Made by a program: the position numbers and the translations under genes
Assembly (NCBI GenBank): GCA_965206745.1
Contig: OZ242220.1
Coordinates: forward strand, 480,001-544,000
Direction of reading: 5' to 3'
Length of the DNA: 64,000 nucleotides
Source of the DNA: Nitrosopumilus sp.
GTDB lineage: Archaea; Thermoproteota; Nitrososphaeria; Nitrososphaerales; Nitrosopumilaceae
Shown: positions 9,778-21,224 of the stretch, one piece after another
Layout of the letters: every line of letters begins with the position of its first letter
Numbering within the stretch: the stretch's first letter is position 1
The notes under the pieces: model-generated
Databases searched by the model: none
Told to the model about the DNA's origin: nothing
The model's input: only the letters and a program-made list of their open reading frames with translations

Positions 9778-10700
9778 CAAACTTGGAAAAGAGGCAGCAG
9801 TATCGGGCCCTCTTCAAGCAAAACGTGCAGAGACGGTTACTTGTTGACAAGATAGTGCGGCTGATAGTGGTTGCATGTGTGATAACTGCAATAATCCCGC
9901 TTGGAAGCATCCTAGTTGAGGTGTTCAAAAATGGAATTACTGCAATCAGCATAGAGTTTCTCACCGAGGCGCCAGGCTCCATTGGTACAGGAGAGGGGGG
10001 AATCGGGCCTGCCATCCAGGGTACGCTGATCGTCGTGGGTCTGGCAAGCATCATCGGGGTTCCAATCGGGGTCCTCTCTGGAATATTTTTATCCGAGTTT
10101 GGGGATAACAGGCTTGGAAGATCCGTCCGGTTCTTCAATGACGTCTTTATGGAGTTCCCCTCAATCCTGCTGGGAATCTTTGCATTTTTAGTGATAGTCT
10201 TGATTCTGGGGCATTTTTCCGTGTGGGCCGGAGCGTTTGCCCTGGCATTGATCATGTTTCCAATTATAGCTAGAACAGTTGAAGAGTCGCTAAAGATGGT
10301 CCCAGTAACGTATCGGGAGGCGGGAATGGCACTGGGTCTAAAGCAGTGGGTGGTGACCATGCGAATTGTAATCTCTGCTGCCAAAAGTGGGATTGTTACC
10401 GGGGTGCTGCTAGCTGTGGCAAGGATTGGGGGCGAGACTGCCCCGCTGATAATGACCATACTTGGAAGCAGTCTGTTCTTTAGCAGCCTTGATGCCCCTA
10501 TGGATGCACTGCCGTTGAGGATATGGCGCCTCTCACTACTCCCCTATGAGAGTGCACAGATGCAAGGGTGGGGGGCCGCACTCGTACTGATCTTTATCAT
10601 AATTGCAATTAACATCGGGGTGAGGACGCTTGTTCTAAACAAGTCTGAGACCCGCAGATTCGTAAAGATGATTAAAGCAAGAATAGGTGTAACAAGATGA
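9774..10700 (+). CDS. pstA: phosphate ABC transporter permease
   Basis: [26 protein letters not shown]. The likely start is TTG at 9774, overlapping the pstC stop; the ORF-track start at 9432 is inside pstC. Confidence 0.93.
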   Translation: MTNLEKRQQYRALFKQNVQRRLLVDKIVRLIVVACVITAIIPLGSILVEVFKNGITAISIEFLTEAPGSIGTGEGGIGPAIQGTLIVVGLASIIGVPIGVLSGIFLSEFGDNRLGRSVRFFNDVFMEFPSILLGIFAFLVIVLILGHFSVWAGAFALALIMFPIIARTVEESLKMVPVTYREAGMALGLKQWVVTMRIVISAAKSGIVTGVLLAVARIGGETAPLIMTILGSSLFFSSLDAPMDALPLRIWRLSLLPYESAQMQGWGAALVLIFIIIAINIGVRTLVLNKSETRRFVKMIKARIGVTR

Positions 10701-11527
10701 GTACGTTGGCTACAAGACCTGATGTTATGGATAAACAGACTGCACCCCAGGATGTCCCACTTGAGGAGGAAAAGTACAAGATGATCGCAGAAAATGTCAC
10801 CATCTCTTACAGTGACATACCTGCAGTCAAGGACGTCACCATGAAGTTCAAGGAAAAGTCAGTCACTGCACTTATCGGGCCATCCGGATGTGGGAAGACT
10901 ACGTTTCTGAGGTGCCTTAACAGGATGCATGACATGACAAAGAATGCGCGGGTTGATGGCAAGGTGATGATTGATGGGATTGATCTTTATTCAAAGGAGA
11001 TAGACCCGATTTATCATCGGAGAAAGGTGGGAATGGTATTCCAAAAGCCAAACCCGTTTCCGACAATGTCCATCTTTGATAATGTAACTGCCGGCCTGAG
11101 ATTAAACGGTGTGAGGGACAAAAGAATCCTCAACGAGATAGTCGAGGACACGCTGAAAATGGCGTATCTCTGGGATGAGGTAAAGGATAATCTCAAAAAA
11201 CCTGCAGTGGAACTCTCCGGGGGACAGCAGCAGCGACTCTGCATCGCACGAGCCCTTGCAATTCAGCCTGAAGTTTTACTCATGGATGAGCCTGCATCGG
11301 CACTGGACCCTATTGCGACTCAAAAGATTGAGGAGACCATCACAGAATTGAAAAAAGAGTTTACGATAATCATAGTCACACACAACATGCAGCAGGCAGT
11401 CCGTGTATCTGATTATACGGGATTCATGTATCTTGGGGACCTGGTGGAGTTTAGGGAGACAAAGAAACTCTTTACTGATCCAAAGAACGAACTGACTGCA
11501 AAATATGTTCAGGGGCAGTTTGGATAA
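10697..11527 (+). CDS. pstB: phosphate ABC transporter ATP-binding protein
   Basis: GPSGCGKT Walker [23 protein letters not shown]. Confidence 0.96.
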   Translation: MSTLATRPDVMDKQTAPQDVPLEEEKYKMIAENVTISYSDIPAVKDVTMKFKEKSVTALIGPSGCGKTTFLRCLNRMHDMTKNARVDGKVMIDGIDLYSKEIDPIYHRRKVGMVFQKPNPFPTMSIFDNVTAGLRLNGVRDKRILNEIVEDTLKMAYLWDEVKDNLKKPAVELSGGQQQRLCIARALAIQPEVLLMDEPASALDPIATQKIEETITELKKEFTIIIVTHNMQQAVRVSDYTGFMYLGDLVEFRETKKLFTDPKNELTAKYVQGQFG

Positions 11528-12192
11528 TGGCCCGGCTAATTGATCCGTCACTTGAAAAGCTCTCCCAAATCATGGCAGAGATGGGGGATATGGCAATCAA
11601 GTGTATCTCACTGGCAGTTGACTCGTACCTTGACGGCAAGAACACCAACAATGAGGTCCATGACCTCTCTGATCTGATTCGCAAAAAGTACTTTGAGGTC
11701 GAGGACCTGATCTTTGACATGCTGCTAAAGTATCAGCCGGTGGCAGATGATTTCCGGATGATCCGCTCGTCGACTGAGATATCCTATGCGTTCTCAAGGT
11801 TCGGACGGTACGCCTATGACATTACCCAGGTTCGGGATCTGTTCGGGGACATCTCCGAGTGTACAAACGAGCCGCTCATTGAGATTACAAAAAAGGTAAA
11901 GCACATGATAAAGGAGGCAGTCCTGTCTTTTGCAGAGCTTGATGTCAGAAAGGCCGTAAAGATTCAAGAAGACGAGGCATTCATTGACAAAATTTACAAG
12001 GAGAGGCTGCCCAAGCTGATCGAGTCTGAGAATACTAAATGCGCGCTAGCTGAGGCGTTGCTCTTGCGCTATCTTGAAAGGATTGGTGATCATGCGGTGT
12101 TTATGAGTGATGCAATTAATTATATCGTTACTGGCAAGCACAAGCCAAGTGAGAAGAGAATCGCATCACATACCAAACCGTCATCAGAGTGA
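11527..12192 (+). CDS. phoU: phosphate signalling protein PhoU
   Basis: QPVADDFR and YLERIGDHA motifs. Directly follows pstB. Confidence 0.9.
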   Translation: MARLIDPSLEKLSQIMAEMGDMAIKCISLAVDSYLDGKNTNNEVHDLSDLIRKKYFEVEDLIFDMLLKYQPVADDFRMIRSSTEISYAFSRFGRYAYDITQVRDLFGDISECTNEPLIEITKKVKHMIKEAVLSFAELDVRKAVKIQEDEAFIDKIYKERLPKLIESENTKCALAEALLLRYLERIGDHAVFMSDAINYIVTGKHKPSEKRIASHTKPSSE

Positions 12193-12279
12193 AAACGTAT
12201 TTTTAAAAGCGATTTTTTGAGTCTGAAAACTGACAAATGCATAGTAATTCTTTTAACAAGTTAAAATTTTTGTAATTCA

Positions 12280-13381
12280 TTGAAAAAGGTGATTTTATCG
12301 GTTCTTGTGTTAACTTTGATTGTTGCAATGGGTCTCGAGTCTGCATACTCTCAAACTGACAGGGATCTTATACAAGAATGGAAGGAATACGTTGAATCAT
12401 ACAAAGAATATATGGAAAATTATCAAACATGGACCGATAATACTATCAAAAAGCTAGAATCCGAGAACAAAAATCTGAAATTAGAGATTAGCAAATTTGA
12501 ATCAAAACAAAGTCCAACAACCAATGATGTAGAAATCGACAAATACAAAAAAACAATCAAGAATTTAGAATCCCAGATTACAGACCTAGAATCCCAGATT
12601 ATTAAACTAGATTCAAAATCAAATAAAACACCAGATACAATTAAAGAATCTATCACAACATCAGAACCAACATCTAAACATGTTTCAGATATTGCCATTA
12701 ACCTAGACAAATCAAATTATGTTAATGGTGATAAAAATTATTGTAACTGGCAGAATATCGAATTATGATAAACCTGATGTTGTTACTTGGATAAATGAAT
12801 CGCATGATAATAGAGCACAGTCTTCTCCAATTCGATTACAAGAGGTTGTAGAGATTACTTGGTCAGTTAATTCACCTGACAATACCATGTACGTGGCATT
12901 TGGATCATTATTTCCAAATTCTGACGGATCTTTTGAATTTAGTTATGATTGTTGTAATGAATTGTGGAAATGGAATGGATCTTATCTTATTGAAGTAGTT
13001 TACAAAGATATTGCCACTACAAAATCCATCAACTATGTTGGACAAAAATCAACATCTGAACAGATTTCAAATATTGTCATTAACACAGACAAATCAAATT
13101 ATGTTGATGGTGATACAGTTATCCTAACTGGTAAAATACCAAATCATCATGATAAAGCAACTACCCAACTAAGTCTAATAATGACCGCACCTAACGGCAA
13201 CCTTGTTTATCTTGGTCAGCCAGTCGTAAGATCTAATGGCACATTTGAATCTTCCATTTATGTTGGAGATAATCTTCTTAAATCAGGCGGTTACGGTGAT
13301 TACTCTATAACCTTTGACTATCAGAGTGATTTTAACAATAAAACACTACACGCCACAAAAACAATACTATACATCAAATAA
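12280..13381 (+). pseudogene. secreted/surface protein with coiled coil and two repeated beta-rich domains, split by a 1-nt frameshift
   Basis: Removing one A from GATAAAAATT (A5 run at 12733-12737) joins the two ORFs as ..DKSNYVNGDKIIVTGRI.., matching the second repeat ..DKSNYVDGDTVILTGKI.. Confidence 0.75.
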
Positions 13382-13690
13382 TAATTCAAATTCAAATCGT
13401 ATGGGGTGGATATTTTATCTCTCAGCAGAGATGTTGAGACTTGTTGATGAACATGCATGTGATACATTTCACATCAATTCTAAATAAAAACATCATTTTA
13501 CCATGTCACTATCTTAATCTGTTTTTATGATGTAAAGGCTCCAGACTCATTCCATTCATCGTCTGAAGCCATCAATGATGAAAAGGCTTCTTTTCAAAAG
13601 CCACTTCTTATTCTTTTTATCATATTTTAATTTTTGAGACGCCTGGATCCTCACGAATTTTGGGCAGTGTACTGACTGTTCCGTAACTGG

Positions 13691-15052
13691 TCAGAGAAAT
13701 CTCTTGATGGTTCTCTTCACTGATGCCTGCACGTTTCTTATGATTGCAGGTGATGCGCCAAGATGCCTCTCTGCTGAAAATATAGAGTCAATCTCCTTGT
13801 CAGTCAGTCTAGATGTGAATGCCCTGTCGTTTTTTATTGCCTCTATGTAGTAGATTTCCTTCTCGTTTGCCTCAAATGCTACTCGTTGTACGTCCCTGTA
13901 TGCCGCAAATCTCGGTATGCCCTTTTTGATCAGCGCCTCCAAGACAAACTCTGCAAATATCTGCCCCTTTGTAATGGACAGGTTCTCCACTATCCTCTTC
14001 TCGTTTACCATCAGGTTTGAAACTATCCTATTCATGGTCTCTAGCATCTCGTCAACTAGGATGGATACTGTCGGAATCACAAATCTCTCGTTTGCAGAGT
14101 TTGAGAGATCCCGCTCATGCCATAGTGGAATGTTCTCAAATGCAACTGCAACCTGGCTCCTTACCAGCTTTGATAACGATGATACGCGTTCACTTTTAAT
14201 CGGATTCCGTTTCACTGGAACAGCACTGCTTCCCATCTGTCCCTTCTTGAACTGCTCTGCAACCTCCCCTATCTCGGTTCTCTGCAAATTTCTAATCTCT
14301 ATTGCAATCTTGTCAAGCGTTGCCCCAATCAGTGCAAGCTCAAATACATATTCGGCATACCTCTCCCTGGGGATGACCTGTGTTGTAACCTCTGCCGGAA
14401 ACAGGTTCAGTCTCTTTGCCGCCCTCTTTTGAACTTCAAGTGCCCTTGCACCCATCAGCGAGCCTGTACCCACCACACCGAGTGTCTTGCAGATTAGTAT
14501 CCTCTTTTTTATCTCCTCAATCCTCTCAACGTGCTTTGCCATCTCTGCTGCCCAGTTTGCAAACTTTAATCCAAACGAGATGATGCTTGCGTGCTGGCCA
14601 TGTGTCCTTCCCACTGCCGGAATCCTCCCATACCTTACTGCCTTTTCTGCAAGCATTGATGCCATCCTTGCGACCTTTGGCTCAATTATATCTAAAGCAT
14701 CACGCATCTGCATCGAACTGCTAGTATCGACTAGGTCATTGCTTGTAAGACCGTAGTGTATCCATGGCCTTGCATTCTTGAAGCATTTCTCGCTGAGTGC
14801 TTCTACAAGTGCTGCAGTATCGTGATCACTCTTTGCCTCAAGCTGACTGATTCTCTTTGCTGTAATCTTGTGCGACATTGCCGCTCTGCGAATCTCCCTG
14901 CCTACGCTCTTTGAGATCATTCCTATCTCGCTCTGGGATACTGCAACTGCGCCCTCAATCTCTAGCTGATAGTCTATCTTTCTCTGTTCGCTGAAAATCT
15001 CCATCATCTGTTTGGTGCCATAACGGCCGCTATCGATGGGTAGAATTGCCAA
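13691..15052 (-). CDS. purB: adenylosuccinate lyase
   Basis: HYGLTSND, GRTHGQHA, GSSAVPVKRNP and WHERDLSNS motifs. Confidence 0.96.
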   Translation of the reverse strand: MAILPIDSGRYGTKQMMEIFSEQRKIDYQLEIEGAVAVSQSEIGMISKSVGREIRRAAMSHKITAKRISQLEAKSDHDTAALVEALSEKCFKNARPWIHYGLTSNDLVDTSSSMQMRDALDIIEPKVARMASMLAEKAVRYGRIPAVGRTHGQHASIISFGLKFANWAAEMAKHVERIEEIKKRILICKTLGVVGTGSLMGARALEVQKRAAKRLNLFPAEVTTQVIPRERYAEYVFELALIGATLDKIAIEIRNLQRTEIGEVAEQFKKGQMGSSAVPVKRNPIKSERVSSLSKLVRSQVAVAFENIPLWHERDLSNSANERFVIPTVSILVDEMLETMNRIVSNLMVNEKRIVENLSITKGQIFAEFVLEALIKKGIPRFAAYRDVQRVAFEANEKEIYYIEAIKNDRAFTSRLTDKEIDSIFSAERHLGASPAIIRNVQASVKRTIKRFL

Positions 15053-15097
15053 TGCTTTTGGCAGTTACACATCGAAAATAAATCTATTCATGAGTTT

Positions 15098-15313
15098 CTA
15101 TCTTCTTGACTTTCTTACCGTTGCAATCTTTTTTGATGATCTGGCTTCCTTGGTCTTTGCACTTGCCTTGGTCACCTTGCCCTCTTTTTTTATGGGCAGG
15201 GCCTTGAGATACCCCTGCTTGAAGTTCCTCTCATCGATTGCCCAGTCCGGGTTTGCCCTCAGTTCTGCAAGCAGCTGGTCTGCCTTTTGCTTGATTATTG
15301 TCTCGTCTATCAT
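15098..15313 (-). CDS. small hypothetical protein with basic C-terminus
   Basis: ORF fills the purB-rtcB gap; Lys/Arg-rich tail. Confidence 0.55.
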   Translation of the reverse strand: MIDETIIKQKADQLLAELRANPDWAIDERNFKQGYLKALPIKKEGKVTKASAKTKEARSSKKIATVRKSRR

Positions 15314-15402
15314 GACTTTCTGAAATGATTCTGATTATTTTAAAATTATTTTACAAATCTTCTTAGTTTAAATTGGATTGAAAGGACTTTTTACCATTAC
15401 AC

Positions 15403-16851
15403 ATGTCTTCTGGCACGCCAAGAAAAATTGGGGAAAATCAATATCAGATTGATGCTGATTCCAATCTTGGGATGAAGGTTCCTGTGAGAATTTATGCCGA
15501 TGAGCCGCTGATGCAAAAGATGCTCTCTGATAGAACGATAATGCAGGCAAAAAACGTCGCCTCAATTCCCGGAATAGTGGGGCACAGCGTCGTCCTGCCT
15601 GACGGACACGAGGGTTACGGATTTCCAGTCGGCGGAGTGGCTGCCATGGATGCAAAAGAGGGGATGATCAGTCCAGGCGGCGTAGGCTATGACATTAACT
15701 GCGGGGTTAGACTGCTTCGCTCAAATTTGACAGAGGATGCCGTCCGCTCAAAACTAAAGGAGCTGGTCACGGATCTCTTTAGTTCGATTCCGTCCGGTGT
15801 CGGCTCCAAGGGGGCAGTAAATCTTACTCCCTCTGAGCTTGATGAGGTCCTGGTTAGAGGTGTGGACTGGGCAATTGATCATGGCTATGGCTCGTCTGAT
15901 GACGCTGATGTCTGCGAGGAGAACGGCAAAATCGGAGGCGCTGATCCAAACAAGGTCTCTGAGAAGGCAAGAAAGAGGGGAGCACCCCAGCTTGGAAGCC
16001 TGGGTTCTGGAAATCATTTTCTTGAAGTGCAAAAGGTTTCAGAGGTTCATGACGAGGAGGCAGCAAAGAGAATGGGAATAGAGGAGGGAACAATTACAGT
16101 TTTGATTCATTGCGGTTCGAGGGGATTTGGACATCAGGTTTGTAGCGACTACCTTAGGGTCTCTGAGCAGGCCATGGAAAAGTATGATATCAAACTGCCT
16201 GACAGGGAGCTTGCATGCGTTCCAAACAATTCCGAGGAGGGAGAGTCTTATCGGAAGGCAATGTTCTCGGCATTGAATTTTGCCTGGAGCAACAGGCAGA
16301 TGTTAACCCACTGGACCCGAAACTCCTTTGAGCGCGTCTTTGGGCAGTCCGAGTCTGATCTTGATATGAAGCTAGTTTATGATGTTGCACACAATATTGC
16401 CAAGGTGGAGAGACACAGAGTCGATGGACAAGAGCGCAGCTTGGTCGTGCACAGAAAGGGTGCAACTAGGGCGTTTCCTGCAAATCGAGACGAGATCCCA
16501 TCCCGGTACCGTGATCTGGGACAACCAGTCCTGGTTCCAGGTTCCATGGGAACTGCAAGCTGGATTCTGCTTGGACAGCCAAACTCCATGGACTTGAGTT
16601 TTGGCTCTACTGCACACGGTGCAGGCAGGACCATGTCGCGCTCCAAGGCTAGGAGAAACTTTACCGAAGAGGACGTAAAAAAGTCCCTCAATGACAAGGG
16701 CATATTTATCAAGGCACTGACTAGGGACGGGGTCGTAGAGGAGACCCCGCAGGCCTACAAGGATGTTGATTCTGTAGTTAACGTGTCTCATAATCTGGGA
16801 ATTGCCACTAAAGTTGCAAAACTGGTACCTATTGGTGTGATAAAGGGTTGA
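15403..16851 (+). CDS. rtcB: RNA-splicing ligase RtcB
   Basis: LPDGHEGYGFPVGG, GYDINCG, GSGNHFLE, HRKGAT and HGAGR motifs. Confidence 0.97.
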   Translation: MSSGTPRKIGENQYQIDADSNLGMKVPVRIYADEPLMQKMLSDRTIMQAKNVASIPGIVGHSVVLPDGHEGYGFPVGGVAAMDAKEGMISPGGVGYDINCGVRLLRSNLTEDAVRSKLKELVTDLFSSIPSGVGSKGAVNLTPSELDEVLVRGVDWAIDHGYGSSDDADVCEENGKIGGADPNKVSEKARKRGAPQLGSLGSGNHFLEVQKVSEVHDEEAAKRMGIEEGTITVLIHCGSRGFGHQVCSDYLRVSEQAMEKYDIKLPDRELACVPNNSEEGESYRKAMFSALNFAWSNRQMLTHWTRNSFERVFGQSESDLDMKLVYDVAHNIAKVERHRVDGQERSLVVHRKGATRAFPANRDEIPSRYRDLGQPVLVPGSMGTASWILLGQPNSMDLSFGSTAHGAGRTMSRSKARRNFTEEDVKKSLNDKGIFIKALTRDGVVEETPQAYKDVDSVVNVSHNLGIATKVAKLVPIGVIKG

Positions 16852-17267
16852 GTGACGAGGATTCCGAACTAGAGAGGTTAAAGGCAAGCAGGCTAGCTGA
16901 GATGCAAAAGAACATCTCCACACAGCAGACTACTCCTGATCCCAAATCTGCAGACCCCAAACCTGCAGAGTCTGTCCCTGAGAACCCGCGAGATTTACTT
17001 CTCAAAATGCTCGGATTCCGGGGACTGGAGGTGCTGGAGAATGCCGAGTCACAGTTTCCAAGCGAGACTGGAATGATTGTCAAAAAGCTATCCGAACTCA
17101 TCAAGACTGGGGAGATTAGCGAGACACTTGATGGCGGACAGCTGCTGGCATTATTCAGATCAGTCGGGTTGAATGTCCGAATGGCAACAAAGATCAACAT
17201 TGAGCAGGATGGAAAGTTTGTATCCCTAAGTGACAAGCTTGGTAGCAGATCACCTGATGATAAATAA
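16848..17267 (+). CDS. PDCD5-like double-stranded DNA-binding protein
   Basis: DSELERLKASRLAEMQ N-terminus typical of the PDCD5/MTH1615 family. Overlaps the rtcB stop. Confidence 0.65.
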   Translation: MSDEDSELERLKASRLAEMQKNISTQQTTPDPKSADPKPAESVPENPRDLLLKMLGFRGLEVLENAESQFPSETGMIVKKLSELIKTGEISETLDGGQLLALFRSVGLNVRMATKINIEQDGKFVSLSDKLGSRSPDDK

Positions 17268-17443
17268 CAAGTCTTATCTTCATTTCCAGTCCTCTTAGAA
17301 TCTGTCTGAATCTTACCGTTCCATCTTGTTCATGCCCTGATATTCCTATTTTATTTTATAGGGGATGGAAAATCCCAACTCAAACTGTCTCTGCAGAGTT
17401 GAATCTCGGATCACTTTAATGTCTTGTAGTTTGCAAATCTGTA

Positions 17444-18685
17444 ATGGCTAGAAATATGATGCTGATACTCTTCACAGTACTAGCTATCGGAATGATGACA
17501 GTACCTGCATATGCAGAGACACAACTATCCCCACTAAAACAGTTCAACATGGGCATTCCAATAGAGCAAATCTTGTGCAATGAGAACAAAGTGTTGATGC
17601 TGTCCAATTCGGGCAGACCATCATGTATCACTGTTGACACGTCTGTTATTTTGGCAGATAGAGGTTTTTCATTTGTGAATTACCCAGATGAAAAAGCCCG
17701 CTTTGAGAATTCAACAACCACGATCACGTCTTTGGCCCCAGAAGGTGGCCATGTCCTTACGAGTGGATACAGGGCTGATGTTTCATTAGAGTTTCCAAAT
17801 AGCATAAGTGTTGGTGAAGAGTTTGCCATCAACTTTGTAGTTGATCCAAGAACTGATGATATATCAGAGATACTTGATACTGGGCTTTACCCTTATGCTG
17901 GATTTGTGCCAACAGACTTTGAGATTTTGACTGAATTTGATAGTTTGGCAGTTACACGAATTGACAAATATGAACATCATGGAATGTATGAGTACGAGGA
18001 TTTTTTCACTGAATCTATGGTTGACAAAGAAAAAGACATCTTTGTCGGTTCAATAAATCTCAAATTAGATGATGAGATGGTTCATGAATTTGATTATTTT
18101 GTATTTAATGCAGGTCTTGCTTCTGGAAAGTTGATGTTTGAAAAGACAGACGGTGGTGCAATATTATCCAAGGCCGATCCTGGAAAAATTGTTGAGATAA
18201 GCTCAGATGGATATAGAAATAATCCTGTTCCTGATCCTAGCACATTTGATTTTGATGCATACGAGCCTGACAATGCAGTAACTGTTTCTGAACCAACTCT
18301 GTCATGTGCTACATATACTTATCCAGTACGTGATTCAAATCAAGTTTTTTGTACTGCTGAGGGTTGGCTCACGGATCCACATGGAAATGCATTTTGGGAC
18401 AGTCATGGATGTAGCTCTTTTCCATATGGTCCCGAACCTAGCAGTAGTAAATATTTTGGCAATGCAATTCCTTCTGAGATTGTTTGTCCCAATGCAAAGA
18501 AAGAAAATATCAGTTCTGAACGGAGTTGTTTTGAAACTTTAGGATGTACCAGCCAGTGGTTTCCAGACTTGGAGGCGGTACCAACATTCATCTACTGTCC
18601 TGCTGATGCTGGCGTAGTAGATAATGGAAATATTGTTTTTCCAAATTTCACCTGTCATGATGGTGGCCTGTGGAGACTGCCATGA
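17444..18685 (+). CDS. secreted hypothetical protein with Cys-rich C-terminus
   Basis: Signal peptide, then an SPLKQFNMGIPIEQILC..GRPSC module common in thaumarchaeal secreted proteins. Eight Cys in the C-terminal ~130 aa. Confidence 0.75.
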   Translation: MARNMMLILFTVLAIGMMTVPAYAETQLSPLKQFNMGIPIEQILCNENKVLMLSNSGRPSCITVDTSVILADRGFSFVNYPDEKARFENSTTTITSLAPEGGHVLTSGYRADVSLEFPNSISVGEEFAINFVVDPRTDDISEILDTGLYPYAGFVPTDFEILTEFDSLAVTRIDKYEHHGMYEYEDFFTESMVDKEKDIFVGSINLKLDDEMVHEFDYFVFNAGLASGKLMFEKTDGGAILSKADPGKIVEISSDGYRNNPVPDPSTFDFDAYEPDNAVTVSEPTLSCATYTYPVRDSNQVFCTAEGWLTDPHGNAFWDSHGCSSFPYGPEPSSSKYFGNAIPSEIVCPNAKKENISSERSCFETLGCTSQWFPDLEAVPTFIYCPADAGVVDNGNIVFPNFTCHDGGLWRLP

Positions 18686-18940
18686 GTAATTTATTGCAGT
18701 AATAATGAGGTTAAGATGTTCTCATTTTATCAACAGGATCAAGTCATCATTAATCATGACTGCATATTACAGTCATGAAGGACAGACGACCTCCCTGCTT
18801 TCTCCCTGAAACCCTTGGCATGACTGGAATTTCACACTGTAATTTTCGAGTCGTCCCCATGACTGTCGAACTATTTGATTAACTGGATCGTAATTCCCAA
18901 CGAATAGTTTTTTGAATTCAAAGAATCCATATCTCAGTCT

Positions 18941-19276
18941 ATGAGCCGAGGATCAGACAAAGTCCAGTCAAATGTCGTTTTGGAAGTGGGTACAAGAAAC
19001 TATGTAGACGACCTGCTATCGATTAAAAAAGCACTATCACACATAGAGACCCTGGTATCTGCTCATGGATACATTCTGGGTGAACCCTCGCCCAAATTCG
19101 GCTGGACGTTTTTCAAGTTGGCCTTCAAGCCTGATTTACAAAGTGCAGTAGAGAAAAAGTTCTCTGACATGATAGAGAGATATCCTCCAGGTGACAGGTC
19201 TGAAAAGTTTGCAAAATTTATGACAGACTATATACTTTCCAAGGGTTGCAATGTCAGAATAAAGTTGTCTGACTAG
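18941..19276 (+). CDS. hypothetical protein
   Basis: 111-aa ORF whose stop overlaps the rps11 stop; backbone-like composition. Confidence 0.6.
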   Translation: MSRGSDKVQSNVVLEVGTRNYVDDLLSIKKALSHIETLVSAHGYILGEPSPKFGWTFFKLAFKPDLQSAVEKKFSDMIERYPPGDRSEKFAKFMTDYILSKGCNVRIKLSD

Positions 19277-19836
19277 ACTCTTCTTCCTCTCTTTCCACCC
19301 TTCTTTCTGGTGGTGTCGTGAGGTATTGGTGTTACATCGTCAATTCTTCCGATTTTGAATCCGCCCCTTGCCAGTGCCCTGATTGCCGCCTGTGCGCCCG
19401 GACCTGGTACCCTGGAACCGACTCCGCCGACTGCGCGGACTCTGATGTGAAATCCCGTAAACCCTTTGGTCTTTGCAGACTCTACAACTGCATTTGCAGC
19501 CTTCATTGCGGCAAATGGTGATGACTCGTATCTGTCTGCATTTACGTGAATTCCGCCGGAACTGATTGATACTGTCTCCCCGCCTGTAAGGTCTGTCATG
19601 TGGATTATTGTATTGTTATAACTGCTGTAAATGTGGGCAATTCCCCATTTTTCAGGGCCTTCTTTCTTTGTCTCTGGCTGAACCTTTGTCTCTACTACAG
19701 TTTCTACTTTGGCCTCTACTGTATCCTTTGCCTTCTCGGCTGGGGATTCTGTCTCTACTGTATCCTTTGTCTCCTCGACTATGGCCTTTGTCTCCTCGAC
19801 TGGTGCCTCTTGAACCTCAGTTTCAACTTTTGACAA
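19273..19836 (-). CDS. rps11: 30S ribosomal protein S11 with acidic repetitive N-terminal extension
   Basis: [40 protein letters not shown]. Confidence 0.96.
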   Translation of the reverse strand: MSKVETEVQEAPVEETKAIVEETKDTVETESPAEKAKDTVEAKVETVVETKVQPETKKEGPEKWGIAHIYSSYNNTIIHMTDLTGGETVSISSGGIHVNADRYESSPFAAMKAANAVVESAKTKGFTGFHIRVRAVGGVGSRVPGPGAQAAIRALARGGFKIGRIDDVTPIPHDTTRKKGGKRGRRV

Positions 19837-19955
19837 TGTCTGATCAGACCATAAAGGGTTTAAAATACATTGATTTTTCAGACCTGTCTTTGGTTGGGCA
19901 TCCGGTGTATCATCAGTGACTATTCATATATCGCCCCTCAGTCTTAATGCATTAA

Positions 19956-20273
19956 ATGGCATCTGTTCTGTTTTTGGCAATTGGGATCGTGGTTGCAACT
20001 GCACTGGTAGTCTCTGTGGCAATTCATTTTTTAGTGCCGATCGGGGATTTTGGCCTATCCCGTGAGCAGGAATGCCAGCAGATTGCCAATGAAGGGTATA
20101 GGATTCATGCAACGTATCCTGACTTTGATCCTGAAGAACTTCCCGTTGATGACTTTGAACGCCTGATGCATCTAGATGAGATGTGGATCACCAAGTGCGT
20201 TAATGTCCTGCCCATAGAATCCGTATTTGATATTGCAAACAATGTTGAGCGGAACTTTTCTTACGGGGAATAG
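19956..20273 (+). CDS. hypothetical membrane-anchored protein
   Basis: N-terminal TM helix. Abuts the thiL stop. Confidence 0.6.
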   Translation: MASVLFLAIGIVVATALVVSVAIHFLVPIGDFGLSREQECQQIANEGYRIHATYPDFDPEELPVDDFERLMHLDEMWITKCVNVLPIESVFDIANNVERNFSYGE

Positions 20274-21224
20274 TCATTTGAAATGCTTCCAGCCATCATC
20301 TTTCAGCCGGACTAGTTTCCTGTCCCTTTGAACATATACGCCCTTGCCTGAAGTTACAAAACCTATCTCCATGATTGGTGTCTTTAGCAACCCTGCACTC
20401 TTTATGATGGCTTTTCTGTGGCTTGGCCGCACGGTAAATGCAAACTCGTACTCTTCTCCCCCGTTGAATACCATCTCATCCAGACTTGACTTGGTGGATA
20501 CTGCAAAGTCCCTTACATCCTTTAGTGCGGGAGTCTTGGTTATGATAAATCTCTTCTTGCTCTGTCTTGACATCTCATTTAATGTGACAGACAGCCCGTC
20601 ACTTGAATCCATTGAGGATGAAAAATACTTTCTGCCTTTTATCCCAAAGTCCAGTCTGGGTCTTGGCCTGGTAAATGAGTCAGTTGCCCTTTTGATAAAT
20701 GCAGTACTTCCCCTTTTCCTACCTTGAATCATATCTAGTCCTGCAGATGTATATCCGAATGGACCTGTAACAAATATCAGATCTCCCTTTCTTGAACCAC
20801 TCCTTGCAACTATCTTCTCTGCCACTCCAAAGAGGCACACGTTGAAGACTAGCTCCCTGCCCTCGTTTGTATCCCCTCCCAAAATTAAGATGCCAAACTC
20901 TCTGGCTGCCTTTCCAAAGCCGGAGGTGATCTGCCTGACCTCTGATGGTGAGACAGTCTTTGGGAGATTCACTGAGATCATTCCATATGACGGCCTGACG
21001 CCTTTTGAGGCAAAGTCACTTACGCATGCAACGACACTCTTCCTTGCAGCATCAGAGAGTCTCATCTGGGATGGAATGTCCGTGCTTTGCACCATCGTGT
21101 CAGTCTTTGCGACAATCTTGTTTCTGCCTAGGCTGAATGTCTCTACATCCTCTGATACGAACTTGCTTCTGCCAAATCCCTTCTGAAAAGTCTCAATTAT
21201 AGAGGTCTCATCTAATTTCTTCAT
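20274..21224 (-). CDS. thiL: thiamine-monophosphate kinase
   Basis: SDFASKG, ILGGDT, MDSSDGL and GGEEYE motifs. Confidence 0.92.
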   Translation of the reverse strand: MKKLDETSIIETFQKGFGRSKFVSEDVETFSLGRNKIVAKTDTMVQSTDIPSQMRLSDAARKSVVACVSDFASKGVRPSYGMISVNLPKTVSPSEVRQITSGFGKAAREFGILILGGDTNEGRELVFNVCLFGVAEKIVARSGSRKGDLIFVTGPFGYTSAGLDMIQGRKRGSTAFIKRATDSFTRPRPRLDFGIKGRKYFSSSMDSSDGLSVTLNEMSRQSKKRFIITKTPALKDVRDFAVSTKSSLDEMVFNGGEEYEFAFTVRPSHRKAIIKSAGLLKTPIMEIGFVTSGKGVYVQRDRKLVRLKDDGWKHFK

